Source: Octopus sinensis (Eukaryota). From it: a stretch of DNA of 64,000 bases. Made by a program: the position numbers and the translations under genes. Below are positions 13,017 through 26,394 of this stretch, in pieces. The stretch lies in contig NC_043006.1 of the NCBI RefSeq assembly GCF_006345805.1, positions 104,470,001-104,534,000 on the forward strand, in the 5' to 3' direction. The first letter of the stretch is position 1, and the number at the start of each line of letters is the position of its first letter. A model generated the notes under the pieces. That model saw only the letters and a list, made by a program, of their open reading frames with translations. It was not told where the DNA came from and ran no database searches.

Positions 13017-14878
13017 TATATATATATATATATATATATAGGTACACACACACACCCTCACACACTTATATATATATATACATACACATGCGTATAAGGA
13101 AATGAAAGACGATTTCATATATCTTCCCAGAACAGCAAGATTTTCCATTGACCACGCAAGCAAAAGTTTTTTTTTATGGATACGTCTCTCTCATCTATTA
13201 TCTCTTTTCTGTCTTCCAGACTGTCTTTCTGTATACACACACGCACACACACATGTGTGTGTGCGAGTGTGTGAGTATGTGTGTACGGTGCGTATCTATA
13301 TAAGTATATTTATATATATATCTATGGGTATATATGTGTTTCTACATTATTGCATACATGCATACATATACATACACACGCAAATACATATGTATGCATA
13401 TATATACATGCGTGTATGTATGTATGTATGTATGTATGTAAGTATGTATGTATGTATGTAAGTATGTATGTATGTATGTATATGTGAGTATATAAGTATA
13501 CTTATAAAAAATACTGTATATGTCAATTCCTAGACAAAACCATTTTTAATTCTCCATTCATCTACTCTCCTGCGGAGCAAGCAATACAGCCTAATTACAT
13601 ACTTTAGTATCATGTATTGACTTCCCCTAACCCGTTGTGTGTCTGTCATTTACACTTAGATACGCGCTGTACGGAAATTCTTACGCAACCATACATATAT
13701 ATTCACATATGCATGTATGTATTTATGTGCGTGTATACAGACATTTACACACACACACACATATATATATATATACACGAGCACACATGTGTGTGTACGG
13801 ATACGTGGTTCTGTATGTGTGGTGGGGTTACTCAGACAATTTAATTATACAGATATTTTCCATTACTAAAACACTATCTGTTGCTCATAAAATCCTGTAT
13901 CTTTAACGCCATTTTTCTATTGTTTCCATGAAAAGTTGTCTACTCAAGAGTATACTACTAACTCTGCGAAGTTTTTGTACATTTAATTTCTCTACCTAAA
14001 TCTCTGGAATTCTGTCTGTGACACTTTTAGAATTGACATATCAGTGTTTTCTGGAACCAGATAGTGTAGGACTGTTTTGTCAAGAATGAAATAAATGAAC
14101 GTTGTATATCGTAATTCGAAAATCTATATTTCCATGTAGATTGCATCTTAGTAGGTTAGATACTGGGTGTATTCATTTCAGTATGTATTAAAAGAATTCA
14201 CTTCGCAAACCCGATTATCGGTTTTCGTTGCTGTAGGCAACTGTCTTCTATCCTATCCTGGGACTGACGTTTATCTTTAAGAGAAACTTGGTTGAAGGAT
14301 ACTACATAGAAAGCTTTTACGTTTTTCCTAGCGTCTTGGCCATAAAAATCATTGGGTGCCTTTCGTGGACTCCATTTTGTTATCAGTACTCAGTGCAGAC
14401 CATGCAACGCGCGCTTCGCTCTGCTAGTCAGCCTACGCAGTTTGTAGAATTCTTATGTTAGCAATATGTAAAGATATATTGGTGAGTAAGAGACATGACA
14501 TTCTCGGAGAAAATCTTGGCGTCGACGGAAACGAAAAAGCCTGTCTGTTTCAGAGGACTATGGATAATTCCCAGATAATCAGACCTCGCAGTATATATAT
14601 ATGTATGTGTGAATATTTATACTTCGTACTTTGTTTCATGAATTTTTGTTACGTTGTTTAGTATTACCGTTAAAACAACATTACTGTTGGTATTGTTAAA
14701 AGTGGTAGTATATTAGGTTAGAATGCATTTACTGAACTATACGAAACATGAAAATCCAATGTAATGTGATATATTATTCAATGTTGTTCTTTATGTATTT
14801 TGCACATGTCATTACAATGTACGATTTGCCTATGTATGTATATGTATGTATATTTGTATATTTTATATGTATATATGT

Positions 14879-14923
<45 letters not shown>

Positions 14924-14952
14924 CGAGAAAGAAGCAACAAGAATGGATAGGT

Positions 14953-15043
14953 TTTTAGTACAATCGTTTCATACAAGGACAGGCTTTATTAAATGTTGCA
15001 AAAATTACAGCATATAAACGTGTCCCGTACTCATCAGCTAAAA
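14953..15043 (-). ncRNA. Type I hammerhead motif, family B, antisense arm
   Basis: Reverse complement of the 15783-15873 motif. Confidence 0.8.
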
Positions 15044-15782
15044 TACATGTGAGTTCTCTAGACATCCTAGTGGTTGAGGCTATACTCATGAAGTAATGTA
15101 GATAATTAAGTAACATAAACAGATTTCCAAAGTTCATTAAAGTTCTTTAAAGATGATGTACAGTCTTATCACAGAATTTAAAAAAAGTTTTAATAGCATC
15201 ACAGAGAAGGTGACCTAATCCATAGTGCACATATGAATTTCCAGAGATATGAGAAGGGATTACATACTCACAGACGACAAATTTATCCATTGTTAATCAC
15301 AACGAGGTGGGTCTCAATTCCTGCTTATTAGCATTACAGAGAGGGTGAATTAATCCTTTGTATAGATGCACAATTCCAATGGTGTAGATGTAAATTTCCA
15401 GAATATGAAATTCCTCTTCATTTCTCTGGAAATTTACATCTACACCATTGGAAATTGTGCATCTATACAAGGATTAATTCACCCTCTCTGTAATGCTAAT
15501 AAGCAGGAATTGAGACCCACCTCGTTGTGATTAACAATGGATAAATTTGTCGTCTGTGAGTATGTTATCCCTTCTCATATCTCTGGAAATTCATATGTGC
15601 ACTATGGATTAGGTCACCTTCTCTGTGATGCTATTAAAACGTTTTTAAAATTCTGTGATAAGACTGTACATCATCTTTAAAGAACTTAATGAACTTTGGA
15701 AATCTGTTTATGTTACTTAATTATCTACATTACTTCATGAGTATAGCCTCAACCACTAGGATGTCTAGAGAACTCACATGTA

Positions 15783-15873
15783 TTTTAGCTGATGAGTACG
15801 GGACACGTTTATATGCTGTAATTTTTGCAACATTTAATAAAGCCTGTCCTTGTATGAAACGATTGTACTAAAA
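15783..15873 (+). ncRNA. Type I hammerhead motif, family B
   Basis: ttttag/ctaaaa stem I; CUGAUGA 15789-15795; stem II gtacgggaca/tgtccttgtat; GAAA 15856-15859; cgattg; GUA cleavage after 15867. Confidence 0.85.
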
Positions 15874-16015
15874 ACCTATCCATTCTTGTTGCTTCTTCTC
15901 GCTTATAATCACCCCACATTACTGTATTGTTAAAACAGTATAGTTTTTTTTGGTGCATCTAAGTTAGGTACCATATTCAAGTAAATTCATTTAAATTAAC
16001 TTGAATCTTTATTGC

Positions 16016-16061
<46 letters not shown>

Positions 16062-16190
16062 TGTGTGTGTATATATATGTATTTTGAATATCTGTCTTAT
16101 TATTTATTTTCTTGTTTTTATTGGATAGTATGGGAAGCATGTTATTTATATATCAATATTATTATTATTGTAATTTTATAGTTATGTATA

Positions 16191-16322
16191 TCCTCTGACG
16201 AGGCCTTTGGTCATTTAAACATACAAATATAATCTTTAATGTATAGGATTATATTACAATGGCATCTATAGGCAATTTAAGTTGGATTGACTCTTGACCA
16301 TAGGCCGAAACAGCTGTAAGGA
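16191..16322 (+). ncRNA. Type I hammerhead motif with about 105-nt extended stem II
   Basis: tcct/agga stem I; CUGACGA 16195-16201; ggcct-t-tggtca/tgacca-t-aggcc; GAAA 16307-16310; palindrome cagctg; GUA cleavage after 16318; AATAAA at 16447 then (TA)n. Confidence 0.85.
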
Positions 16323-16502
16323 CCAGCTTATTTGTATTATTTTTATTTTATTATTATTTTATATATTGATGTATATTGTTTGTTCGATTTTCATGTTCCC
16401 ATTTGTATAATTATGAATAATTGTAATATCTGTAAGTGATGATCGAAATAAATTTGCTTCTCTATTTTCTTATATATTATATATATATAGATATATATAT
16501 TA

Positions 16503-16624
<122 letters not shown>

Positions 16625-16786
16625 GATCAATAAATGGTGGGGTTGTGTTGACCGCACGTGGAGAAATGATAAGTAAGGAAAAATTTTTTTTAAAATGCAG
16701 AATGCTCAATAAAAGAAAATTTTAATAAAATATACATACATACATACATACATACATAGGTGTACAAACACTTACATACGTGTATT

Positions 16787-16865
<79 letters not shown>

Positions 16866-17278
16866 ATATATGCGTGTGTGTGTGTGTGTATGTTTGGTTA
16901 GATAGTAGAAACCAAATTTGGATAAATTTTCGAGGAACATTGAGTTAATACTAAACAGCAGTTCCATTTCATCTCCGAAGCATTAGACAAGCTATTCCAC
17001 CCCAAAGAAGCTGTTACATCTTGAATTGGTTAAATGCATTTCTCACATAGACATGGCGCCAAACCAATGAATATAATTGGATGTCCTAAGCTCAAACCTT
17101 TACTTCACAGTTAATGTTTTCAGTGCTGTAACATTGTTATCGATGTGAAAAGAAAATGGTCAATGATTTCACCTATTTCTTGGATTGCATTTCTACTCGC
17201 CCCGAAAATAATTTAATGTTGTAAATCACACGAGCACGTATATCTGGGTAACTGGATACTGAGCTGAAATATTTTTAT

Positions 17279-17325
<47 letters not shown>

Positions 17326-17326
17326 A

Positions 17327-17376
<50 letters not shown>

Positions 17377-17425
17377 ACAAACTGAGTTTGTGTGTGTGTG
17401 TGTCAGTGTGTCTGTGTGTATAGGG

Positions 17426-17706
17426 CAAAATGAAATAACAAACTACAAACTAAAGCTGTGAGGTGTTTTCAGTATATTTATAAGGAAAAATATATAGATA
17501 TAGTCTTACAGATGTTTTTTTGGGGGGATATTATAGATATCCCTTCATATATCTCAATTATTTACATCAATTTCACCATCACATCCCATTTCTAATGAAG
17601 AGATATCCATAATATCCGAGAAGCTGCTATAAGACGATATCTATATCTTTTTCCTTATAAATGTCCTGAAAACTCCTCACAGCCTTGGTTTTGTTATTTC
17701 ATTTTG
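17426..17706. mobile_element. Old fold-back (arms 17426-17548 / 17595-17706) with decayed hammerhead
   Basis: Diverged inverted arms; consensus of the two arms reads atga-ag-ggatat-ccata-atatcc-g(a)aa-cagctg-ta-agac. Confidence 0.55.
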
Positions 17707-17860
17707 TCTAATACATATATGCATACTAATACAAGACCCTCACTAAACTCTTCACTCGTGTCACCATCGAACCAAGAGTTTAAGTACAGTCTGTCTATAG
17801 TACTTAGTTAGCGTTACCCGTCACTCTTTGGGTCTTCTAGATACTAATACCTCTCATATA

Positions 17861-17932
<72 letters not shown>

Positions 17933-17934
<2 letters not shown>

Positions 17935-18448
17935 AATAATAAAAAAGGGAAAAATTAATTAATTAAGAAGTAATCAATAATTTCACCAAGTAGAATTCGG
18001 CATGAAAAAGGACTATTTCACGGTAAACTTAAGCAATAGTTTATAATTAGGGTTCAGCAAAGATTTCCTTTACCACATACCGAGGTTTAGAAATAGCAGC
18101 CAAAAAACCTTAGCTATTTCTTCTACTTTAAAAAAGGACTCCCAGAAAAACCAAAATACTTGAAAACAATCCACGCAGGCAGAGAGGAAAAATAACGAAA
18201 ATCAATCTATATCTGGTCACCCATGTATATTCTTTATACCGATCTAATTCCGAAACGCGCGTACATGGGCGTCCAGATATAGATTGATTTTCGTTATTTT
18301 TCCTCTCTGCCTGCGCGAATTGTTTTCAAGTATTTGGGATTTTCTGGGAGTCCCTTTTTAAAGTAGAAGAAATAGCTAAGGTTTTTTGGCTGCTATTTCT
18401 AAACCTCGGTATGTGGTAAAGCAAATCATTGCTGAGCCCTAATTATAA
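17933..18448 (-). mobile_element. PLE-type fold-back element, family C (tail 17933-18040; arms 18041-18227 / 18262-18448)
   Basis: (TA)n on both sides; spacer holds a hammerhead 3' half, GAAA-cgcgcg-UA (18252-18263). Confidence 0.8.
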
Positions 18449-18490
18449 GTATATATATATGCCTCTATATTTATATATGTATATATATGA

Positions 18491-18533
<43 letters not shown>

Positions 18534-18637
18534 TACACACACTATAATGCATACATAAATACATACATACATACATACCTATATATATATATATATAATA
18601 TATATATATTATATATATATATATATATTATTAGATT

Positions 18638-18975
18638 GTGAAGGTGCATGGCTCAGTGGTTAGAGCGTCAGGCTTACGATCGTGAGGTTGTGGGTTCGAA
18701 TTCCAGACGAGGCTGCGTGTTGTATTCTTGAGCAAGACACTTTATTTCACGTTGCTCCAGTTCACTCAGCTGTAGAAATGAGTTGCGACGTCACTGGTGC
18801 CAAGCTGTTTCGGCCCCTTTGCCTTTCCCTTGGATAACACTGGTGGCGTGGAGAGGGGAGGCCGGTATGCATGGGTGACTGCTGGTCTTCCATAAACCAC
18901 CTTGCCCGGACTTGTGCCTGGGAGGGTAACTTTCTTGGTGCAATCCCATGGTCATTCCTGACCGAAGGGAGTCTC
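18638..18975 (+). mobile_element. tRNA-derived SINE, family 3
   Basis: A box tggctcagtgg and B box ggttcgaattcc, then ttgagcaagacacttta; inverted homolog at 34936-35262. Confidence 0.8.
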
Positions 18976-19689
18976 AGCAGCATATATATATATATATTGT
19001 ATGTCAAACCCCAGCTGGTATATTTAGTTTGTTTATCTGCTCTCCTTGATTACTCTTATAACCAGTCTTTAACCCGCGGAACTGATCAGTGATAAAGACA
19101 TCGGAGTCTGAGTACGAATCATTTGAACGTTACTAAGTGTTTTCTATACGGAGAATCTCTGGATCACATCTGTTGACTATATACATATGAATGTGTGTGT
19201 GTGTGTGTGCGTGTGTGTGTGTGTGTGTGTGCCTGTGTGTGTGTATGTATATATGTGTCTGTATGTGTGTGTGAGTATGCTTATGTATTTATAAAATATA
19301 CACATATTATCATTCGTTCGTAGACGAAATTATAGTGCCGCCATGTCATGATTATCTCTATGACAATATTATCAGGTGGTTGCGAGTCCTCTCTCAGAGA
19401 TTTCCTTCAGTTAGATGGATTGTCGTCAGTCCAACTGGTGCGCATCATCTAACCTTAACTATATAGGATGGCTGTTCTCTCTTCTGTGTTCATTTCAATT
19501 TTCACGGGACCTCTTTGTCGTCATACATGATACCCAAAAATCACCTCCCTAACCGAAATAGCCTGGTCGGATAGCCGGCTTAGTCACCGTCGAACCGACC
19601 ATGTAACAGGTTGTGCCGGGTTTACATGTTGCCAGTAGCACTCAAAAGCGACATTAGACAGACAAATAAACATATAGACAGCAGGTAGA

Positions 19690-19756
19690 TCGATCGATCG
19701 ATCGATAGATAGATAGATAGAAATATAGATAGATAGATAGATAGATAGATAGACAT

Positions 19757-19799
<43 letters not shown>

Positions 19800-19804
19800 G
19801 ATAA

Positions 19805-19835
<31 letters not shown>
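19690..19835. repeat. (ATAG)n microsatellite
   Basis: Direct inspection. Confidence 0.95.
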
Positions 19836-20587
19836 TGTTTCTTTATTAGCCACACAGGGCTGCACACAGACGGGACAAATTTCAAGGTAGAGCTTTTATT
19901 TTTGGGAAGAAAGAAAAGGGGGGAGTAGCTTTTCGATCAAAGAGGATCGTAAAAAGGAAATAAAAAAGAAAGAGAAAGAGGAAAGAAAGGAAAACAAAAC
20001 AAAAGGGGGGGGGGAAGAAAAAATCGGTCAATAGGGATCATGTATCAGAGAGAGATAGATAGATTGATAGATAACATACATTGGTGCTGGCCTGAAGAAG
20101 TGCCTCTCCAATGTTTATAACCAAAGCTATCAGATATTTTCACTTGGGATATTTACATGAACGGGTTTTGAAAGTAGAGTTGTTAGAGAGATAATCGTAA
20201 ATTGTCATTAAAAATCTGCTACAGGATTTCTCGGTCTTATGTGGATTATATTTTAGCCTTCGTTAAACCCAAGCAACGTGTGAACTGTTATGAAACTTGG
20301 ATTTTCCATACCTGAAGTATTTCAATATTAGACTTGAATACACACACGCACATGCACACGCACACACACATACACACACACACACACACAGACACACATA
20401 CACACACACATACACACACACTCACACACACACATGTATAGATAGGTTACGAAACCTTCATTCATAAAGGTTCATGTCATTCCTCTTTTCTAAGATACTT
20501 TTTTGAAACAGTTAATAACTTTTAACAAAATCTGACTTCAAATATTGAGACTGCATCAAGAATTATCTTTACAAAACATTGAAATAT

Positions 20588-20618
<31 letters not shown>

Positions 20619-20939
20619 GTTGTTTGTGTGCGCGCGTGTGTGTGTGTGTTTAAGTATGTATGTATATATATGTATGTATGTATATTTTTGAAGCTATTTA
20701 TCGATGGACATATCTATGCAATCCTAGATAACTATCATATATTTCAGTGCATGAAAATATGTACATTACAGATATATATATTTATACATGCATGCAAATA
20801 TGAATGAAAAGGTAGCAACCTGAGGCAAATAAAGAAACAATACCTGGTAATGAACTTATTCAGAGACGAATTAACTGTTGTAATAATACTTATCTATAGA
20901 AAGCAGCATATATTGTACTATAGAAAATAGTATATATTG

Positions 20940-21157
20940 AGGTCAAACGTGGGCAGGAAATTTTAGTACCATAGATTGAGAGGGCTACTAATCAATTACA
21001 TTGAACCCAGTGTTTCACTGGTACTTAATTTATTGACCCCGAAGAAATTAAAAGGTAAAGTCGACTTCGGCGGAATTTCATCTCAGAACGTCGCGACGGG
21101 TGAAATATTGCTAACCATTTTGTCCAGTGTGCTAACGATTTTGCCTGCTCACCGCCA
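20940..21157 (-). mobile_element. SINE family 2
   Basis: gtcgacttcggcggaattt...ctcagaacgt...gctaacgatt...ctcaccgcc. Confidence 0.75.
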
Positions 21158-22214
21158 TATTGGGGATGATCAAAATAGTAACAATAATAACATCAATATA
21201 CTCGAAGTAACCTAATGCAGACAGACAGACAACAGACAGATATATATATATACAGATATATAAATGCTGGTTTGCAAACAAAACGACATTTATCTATCTG
21301 TCTGTCTGTTTCGGAAGTTCATTCATATAAAGCTAAGAAGACAGCATAAATAATGCATTGGCTACAAAACAGAATGAACATTTTTTTATATTTTAATATG
21401 AATATTGGTTATTGGTGTGAATCATATGTTTCTCAAAACGAGGTCAATCAGTTTTATTTCAAGATTTCTTCTTGATAGAGAAAGAACCGGTTCCGAACCA
21501 AGATCTGAAGATCCTTCATTGAAATTTCAACAGCATCAAGAGAATATTTTTGTATGTATGTTTATAAGCAGATTTCCATGTTTCGTTTTATGTACATATT
21601 TTCATGCATATAGTTGCATGACTAGACGTACTTCTATATATACTTAAATGATAAACTTCTGGAAAGTTTTACAGATTCTTACAGTTCCAGTGATGGTTTG
21701 AATCTAGTTTTCGAGTCATATTTCTCCTTTCTGGTTTTCAGAAGCCTAATTTCTGAAGATTAGTATTTAGGCAATGTGTTACAATAACTAGTGCCCCAAT
21801 AATTACAGGTTAAACCTGAACTTGTATTCTATATAGAACAACTGTATATTTCACAATAGTTCAGCATATGTGTGTATGTATGTTTGCATGTATGAATCTA
21901 TTTCTGTATATGTATATGTATATGTATATGTGTATGAAGATCCGACAACCTACGCGTTCTTAGTCAGTTATAATGTCTATGTCGACTGCGCCAACGACTT
22001 GCAAAGAAACCTCCATATGTTGCACTTATGAAGATTGCAAGACGGTGCAGGCAGTATATTTGCAGCCGCTTTTCTCCTTTGCCTCTCACCCCTAAGCTTG
22101 TTAATGCTGGTTGAAACAAAGTCTTTTATACCATTTTAATTTCCTCAATATATATATATTTTTATTCTTTTATGAGTTTCAGCCCAAAGACTGTGGCCAT
22201 GCTGGGGCACCGAC

Positions 22215-22870
22215 AGTGTTATCACCTCTTACCCTCATTGGAGTTTCTTGCCTTGATGTAGATACATTTGTAGAAGGAAGAATTTACGTAATTTCTTGAA
22301 AACATCTACCCATACTTCATTTAGATCGCTGACATTTTGGCAAAGAACTAAACAGCTATGTGTTCTTGAATTCCAGGCTATTGTAGTACACAGTCTTCAT
22401 TTTAGACAGGATGGGCAGGACATTTGGAACGCTCTAGTAACGCCCCATTCGGAGGCTGTCATAACGCTCGTCGCCAAAGTTTGGTACCAACCCTTTCAGG
22501 ATCTTCCATACGTATATTACTGCGTATCTCTCCAATCTTTTCCCGCGGTAACAGAGCCGTAGCCTTTTCAGTCTCTCCTGTAGCTCAGCTGTATCCCTGA
22601 TGCAATCTTCCCGGTGTACCACCGCTGATATAATTCAGTTTCGCTACCAATTTGACACTGTGGGATGACCACAGTTAAGAGCTGTAGGCCAGAGAGTTGA
22701 GGACAAATGTCCTCCACAGAAGCAGCATAATTTCCTGGTCCCTATTTCTGAGAGTTCTCTAAATCCATCTGACCCTTCGCCTGCACATTGCCATCATCTT
22801 GGTGATAAGCTCCTGAAACGAGGCGTTGTTGCTCATAGCACACCCCAGAGTCCAAAGTATCTTTATGGCA
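22215..22870 (-). pseudogene. 3' fragment of a CR1/L2-type LINE reverse transcriptase
   Basis: Translation ERLKRLRLCYRGKRLERYAVIYVWKILKGLVPNFG, with upstream DQEIMLLLWRTFVLNSLAYSS*LWS; typical C-terminal region of these LINEs; stops and frameshifts. Confidence 0.75.
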
Positions 22871-23208
22871 GCATGTTAGTACAAGCTAGCTGATAGAGGA
22901 GGGCTTGGAATATTCCTCATTAAATTGTATGTTGTTTTTATCAGATTAGTTATACATGGAATTGGTCTTACAGTAAAAGATTAGCAACGAAATGTTCCTT
23001 AACTAATTGTACTACTTTTGGATTTCGGCATGACATGTGAATGTGTGTGTGTTTACTAATACTTTGACTCAGCTCCGTGTTTTATTAAATATCTAACTAT
23101 CAGGTGTGTGTAGTATCCATTCACTTGTACACTCACACACACACACGCTCACAGAAACAAACACACGCACACTGATACACATACAAACACACACGCGTAT
23201 ATGTATGC

Positions 23209-23239
<31 letters not shown>

Positions 23240-23241
23240 TA

Positions 23242-24567
23242 CGCGAGAAAGAAGCAACAAGAATGGATAGGTTTTTAGTACAATCGTTTCATACAAGGAC
23301 AAGCTTTATTAAATGTTGCAAAAATTACAGCATATAAACGTGGCCCGTTTTAATGACTTTTTGATAAGATTATACTTAGATTTTCCTAATGTATTTTCTT
23401 TTGATTTTAGCCTCTGACTCCTAAACCCCTGACCGTGTTATCTCTTTAGATTCTCTTTAAATTCATAGCTGATTTCAACAGCAATAAATTAGCTGTTTTA
23501 CTGGTCAAAGAATAATATTCTTCTCTAGTTCCTAGATGCCTGTAAATTAAAACCAGACTTGCCGTCTACTAATTCTTCTGTATAACTAGAACACTCTTTT
23601 TTCTTTTCTTTTTTTTCCCTTCTTCCCTATTTTTCCTTTTCTCTTTTTTCTTTTCTTTTTTTCTTTTTCTTCTTCTTATTCTCTTTTTCCTTTTCTTCTC
23701 TTCCTTTTAGTCCCCCTCCCCCCCTTTTTGCTCTCTCCTCCTTTATTTTCTCTCTTTTCTTCTCTTCCCTTCCCTTTTTCTGTTCTTTGCGTCTCTAGAA
23801 AGCCCTTCAGCCTTTAAAAGTTAAATAGCTACAGCCTCTTGTAAATAGCAGTAATGTGATTAAGGTGGCAAATACCTAATCATATAACAAGAATTGATAC
23901 CTACCTCATTGTGTTCAACCATTGATAAATTTATCGCCTGTGAATATGAAATTCCTCTTCATTTCTCTGGAAATTTACATCTACAACCATTGGAAATTGT
24001 GCATCTATACAAAGGATTAATTCACCCTCTCTGTAATGCTAATAAGCAGGAATTGAGACCCACCTCGTTGTGATTAACAATGATAAATTGTCGTCTGTGA
24101 GTATGTAATCCCTCCTCCTCATATCTCTGGAAATTCATATGTGCACTATGGATTAGGTCACCTTCTCTGTGATGCTTTAAAACTTTTTTAAAATTCTGTG
24201 ATAAGACTGTACATCATCTTAAAGAACTTTAATGAACTTTGGAAATCTGTTTTTGTTACTTAATTATCTACATTACTTCATGAGTATAGCCTCAACCACT
24301 AGGATGTGTCTAGAGAACTCACATGTATTTTAGCTGATGAGTACGGGACACGTTTATATGCTGTAATTTTTGCAACATTTAATAAAACCTGTCCTTGTAT
24401 GAAACGATTGTACTAAAAACCTATCCATTCTTGTTGCTTCTTTCTCTCTTATAATCACCCCACATTACTGTATTGTTAAAACAGTATAGTTTTTTTTGGT
24501 GCATCTAAGTTAGGTACCACATTCAAGTAAATTCATTTAAATTAACTTGAATCTTTATTGCTTTTTG
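23242..24567 (+). mobile_element. Family B fold-back element (short left arm 23242-23349; long sense arm plus tail 23942-24567)
   Basis: 23942-24567 is a direct copy of 15401-16020; same (TA)n|(a/c)gcgagaaag boundary; internal pyrimidine tract. Confidence 0.85.
24328..24418 (+). ncRNA. Type I hammerhead motif, family B
   Basis: CUGAUGA 24334-24340, GAAA 24401-24404, cgattg-UA, ctaaaa. Confidence 0.85.
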
Positions 24568-24599
24568 TATATATATATATATATACATGTGTATGTAAG

Positions 24600-24777
24600 T
24601 AAAGGATTAACCACTACACATTCTTTATTTTCTCTCCTTGTTTCTTCCTGTGTTCCTTTCTGTGGAAGAGCGTAGGCTCAAAACGTTAAAGACCTTTTCA
24701 CTCTGTGAGCATTATACTAATACATCTGTTTGTTGTCTACACCACCTGACTTCGTCTTTTGTTTTTTGTGAAATCTT

Positions 24778-24780
<3 letters not shown>
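24600..24780 (+). mobile_element. Short PLE-type 3' end with variant hammerhead (24656-24691)
   Basis: CUGUGGA-a-gagc-gtag-gctc-AAAA-cgtt; homologous to 41360-41532. Confidence 0.55.
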
Positions 24781-24871
<91 letters not shown>

Positions 24872-25580
24872 CTATATAATATATATATCTATATAACATG
24901 CATACATAAACACTCACAAATAAACACACATATATTGAAATATTAATATTCGTAAATACAAAATAAAATACTTCAATACGTTACCTGGTGATGGACATTT
25001 GGATATAATCCCTTAATGGAAATGTAGTAGTGATTATAGCAATACATATATCTTAGTCGAAACATGATTAATAAATAACTAAAAATATAGTTTTGGAAAC
25101 TAATGCTTTGAGTGATAAATACTTTGCTTTTTATTTATAAAAAATTGTTTTGGATTCAAAGTTACTTAAAATACTCCGCTTATATTCAGCATTAGAGCCA
25201 TTCATTCGTCTCAGATAACAAGAATTAATTGAACTACGGATAAATACCTAATAAACGTAAAGAAAATTTCCCCTAAATTGAGTCTAATGATATTTAGATA
25301 ACGGGTTGGTAACGCTTGTCCTTTTTGAAGTGTCATGATTATTATTGTAGAAGCTGACGTAAGTACTGTAAATACTTTGGTTGTCACGTTAAATTAGATA
25401 GCGGGGGTGGGATTATTACACAGTTGAATGTCGAATGAGCATGGTAAACAAATAAACCAGCCCCTTATATCCATAATAAAAAGATTTAGTTAACAATACC
25501 TATCTAACCCCTCAACACTTTTCTCTCTCCCTCCTCTCCCTCTCACTCTCACTATATATATATTCATATATATACATAAT

Positions 25581-25621
<41 letters not shown>

Positions 25622-25623
<2 letters not shown>

Positions 25624-25826
25624 TTAAGTACTACTCAATAATTAGGGTTCAGCAAAGATTTACTTTACCACATACCGAAGTTTAGAAATAGCAGCCAAAC
25701 CCTTAGCTGTTTCTTCTACTTTAAAAAGGGACTCCCAGAGAAACCAAAAAATTGAAGTTTTTGGTTTGCTATTTCTAAACTTCGGTATGTGGTAAAGCAA
25801 ATCTTTGCTGAACCCTAATTATTAAG
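25622..25826. mobile_element. Family C short fold-back copy
   Basis: ataattagggttcagc... arm versus ...gctgaaccctaattattaag; (TA)n on both sides. Confidence 0.75.
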
Positions 25827-26394
25827 TATATATATATAGACATATATATGTGTGTGTGTATGCATACATGTATGTTTGTACGTATATAGTTATATGTATA
25901 GACATTTGGCAATTAGCATCACATGACATATACAATATATCACTGAATAATATTGATCGGTAATTTTTGTGTATTTTCAACTCGCACACTCTACTCTTCT
26001 AAATAAAAACGAACCGAACATTTTCTACAGACATATAATCACTAGGTAAGTTCTAGAAACCTGTTCTTTTTTTATATCTAATTATCTTTTTTTCACTCTT
26101 TCTTTCATCTTTTTTTATTATACATTTATATATTTTATGAATATTTAAATAACTGCACAACATGGACACATCGACCAATAATTAAACATGATCTTTCTTA
26201 AGATATAATTGACAAAATTCTTGTATTTAAAAACATCGCTATAAGTCTATTGTAATTTAATTTTTATATAGTTGTGGGTAGAACCTTTTCACATTTGCTA
26301 TATTGAAATATCCTGTTATAAGTATTTATACATTTGGGGACATATCCATTGTTATTACTGTATTGAAAATTACACTATTAATAATATTCATCAT

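Larger units (their letters stand above)
14921..16020 (+). mobile_element. PLE-derived fold-back element, family B (arms 14921-15402 / 15425-15906; tail 15907-16020)
   Basis: About 480-bp near-perfect inverted repeat (identical 60-aa ORFs on both strands); (TA)n on both sides; tail hairpin attcaagt...acttgaat. Confidence 0.9.

Noticed and set aside
14370-14490. CpG-richer patch with a GTGAGT donor as a first exon
   Set aside because: No supporting ORF or promoter evidence from sequence alone.
18645-18715. tRNA gene
   Set aside because: A and B boxes are present, but the sequence continues into a SINE body with an inverted homolog at 35 kb; no full cloverleaf.
19385-19435. Minus-strand ctgacga...gaaa-tctctgaga motif
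   Set aside because: No stem II, no UH triplet and no stem I pairing.
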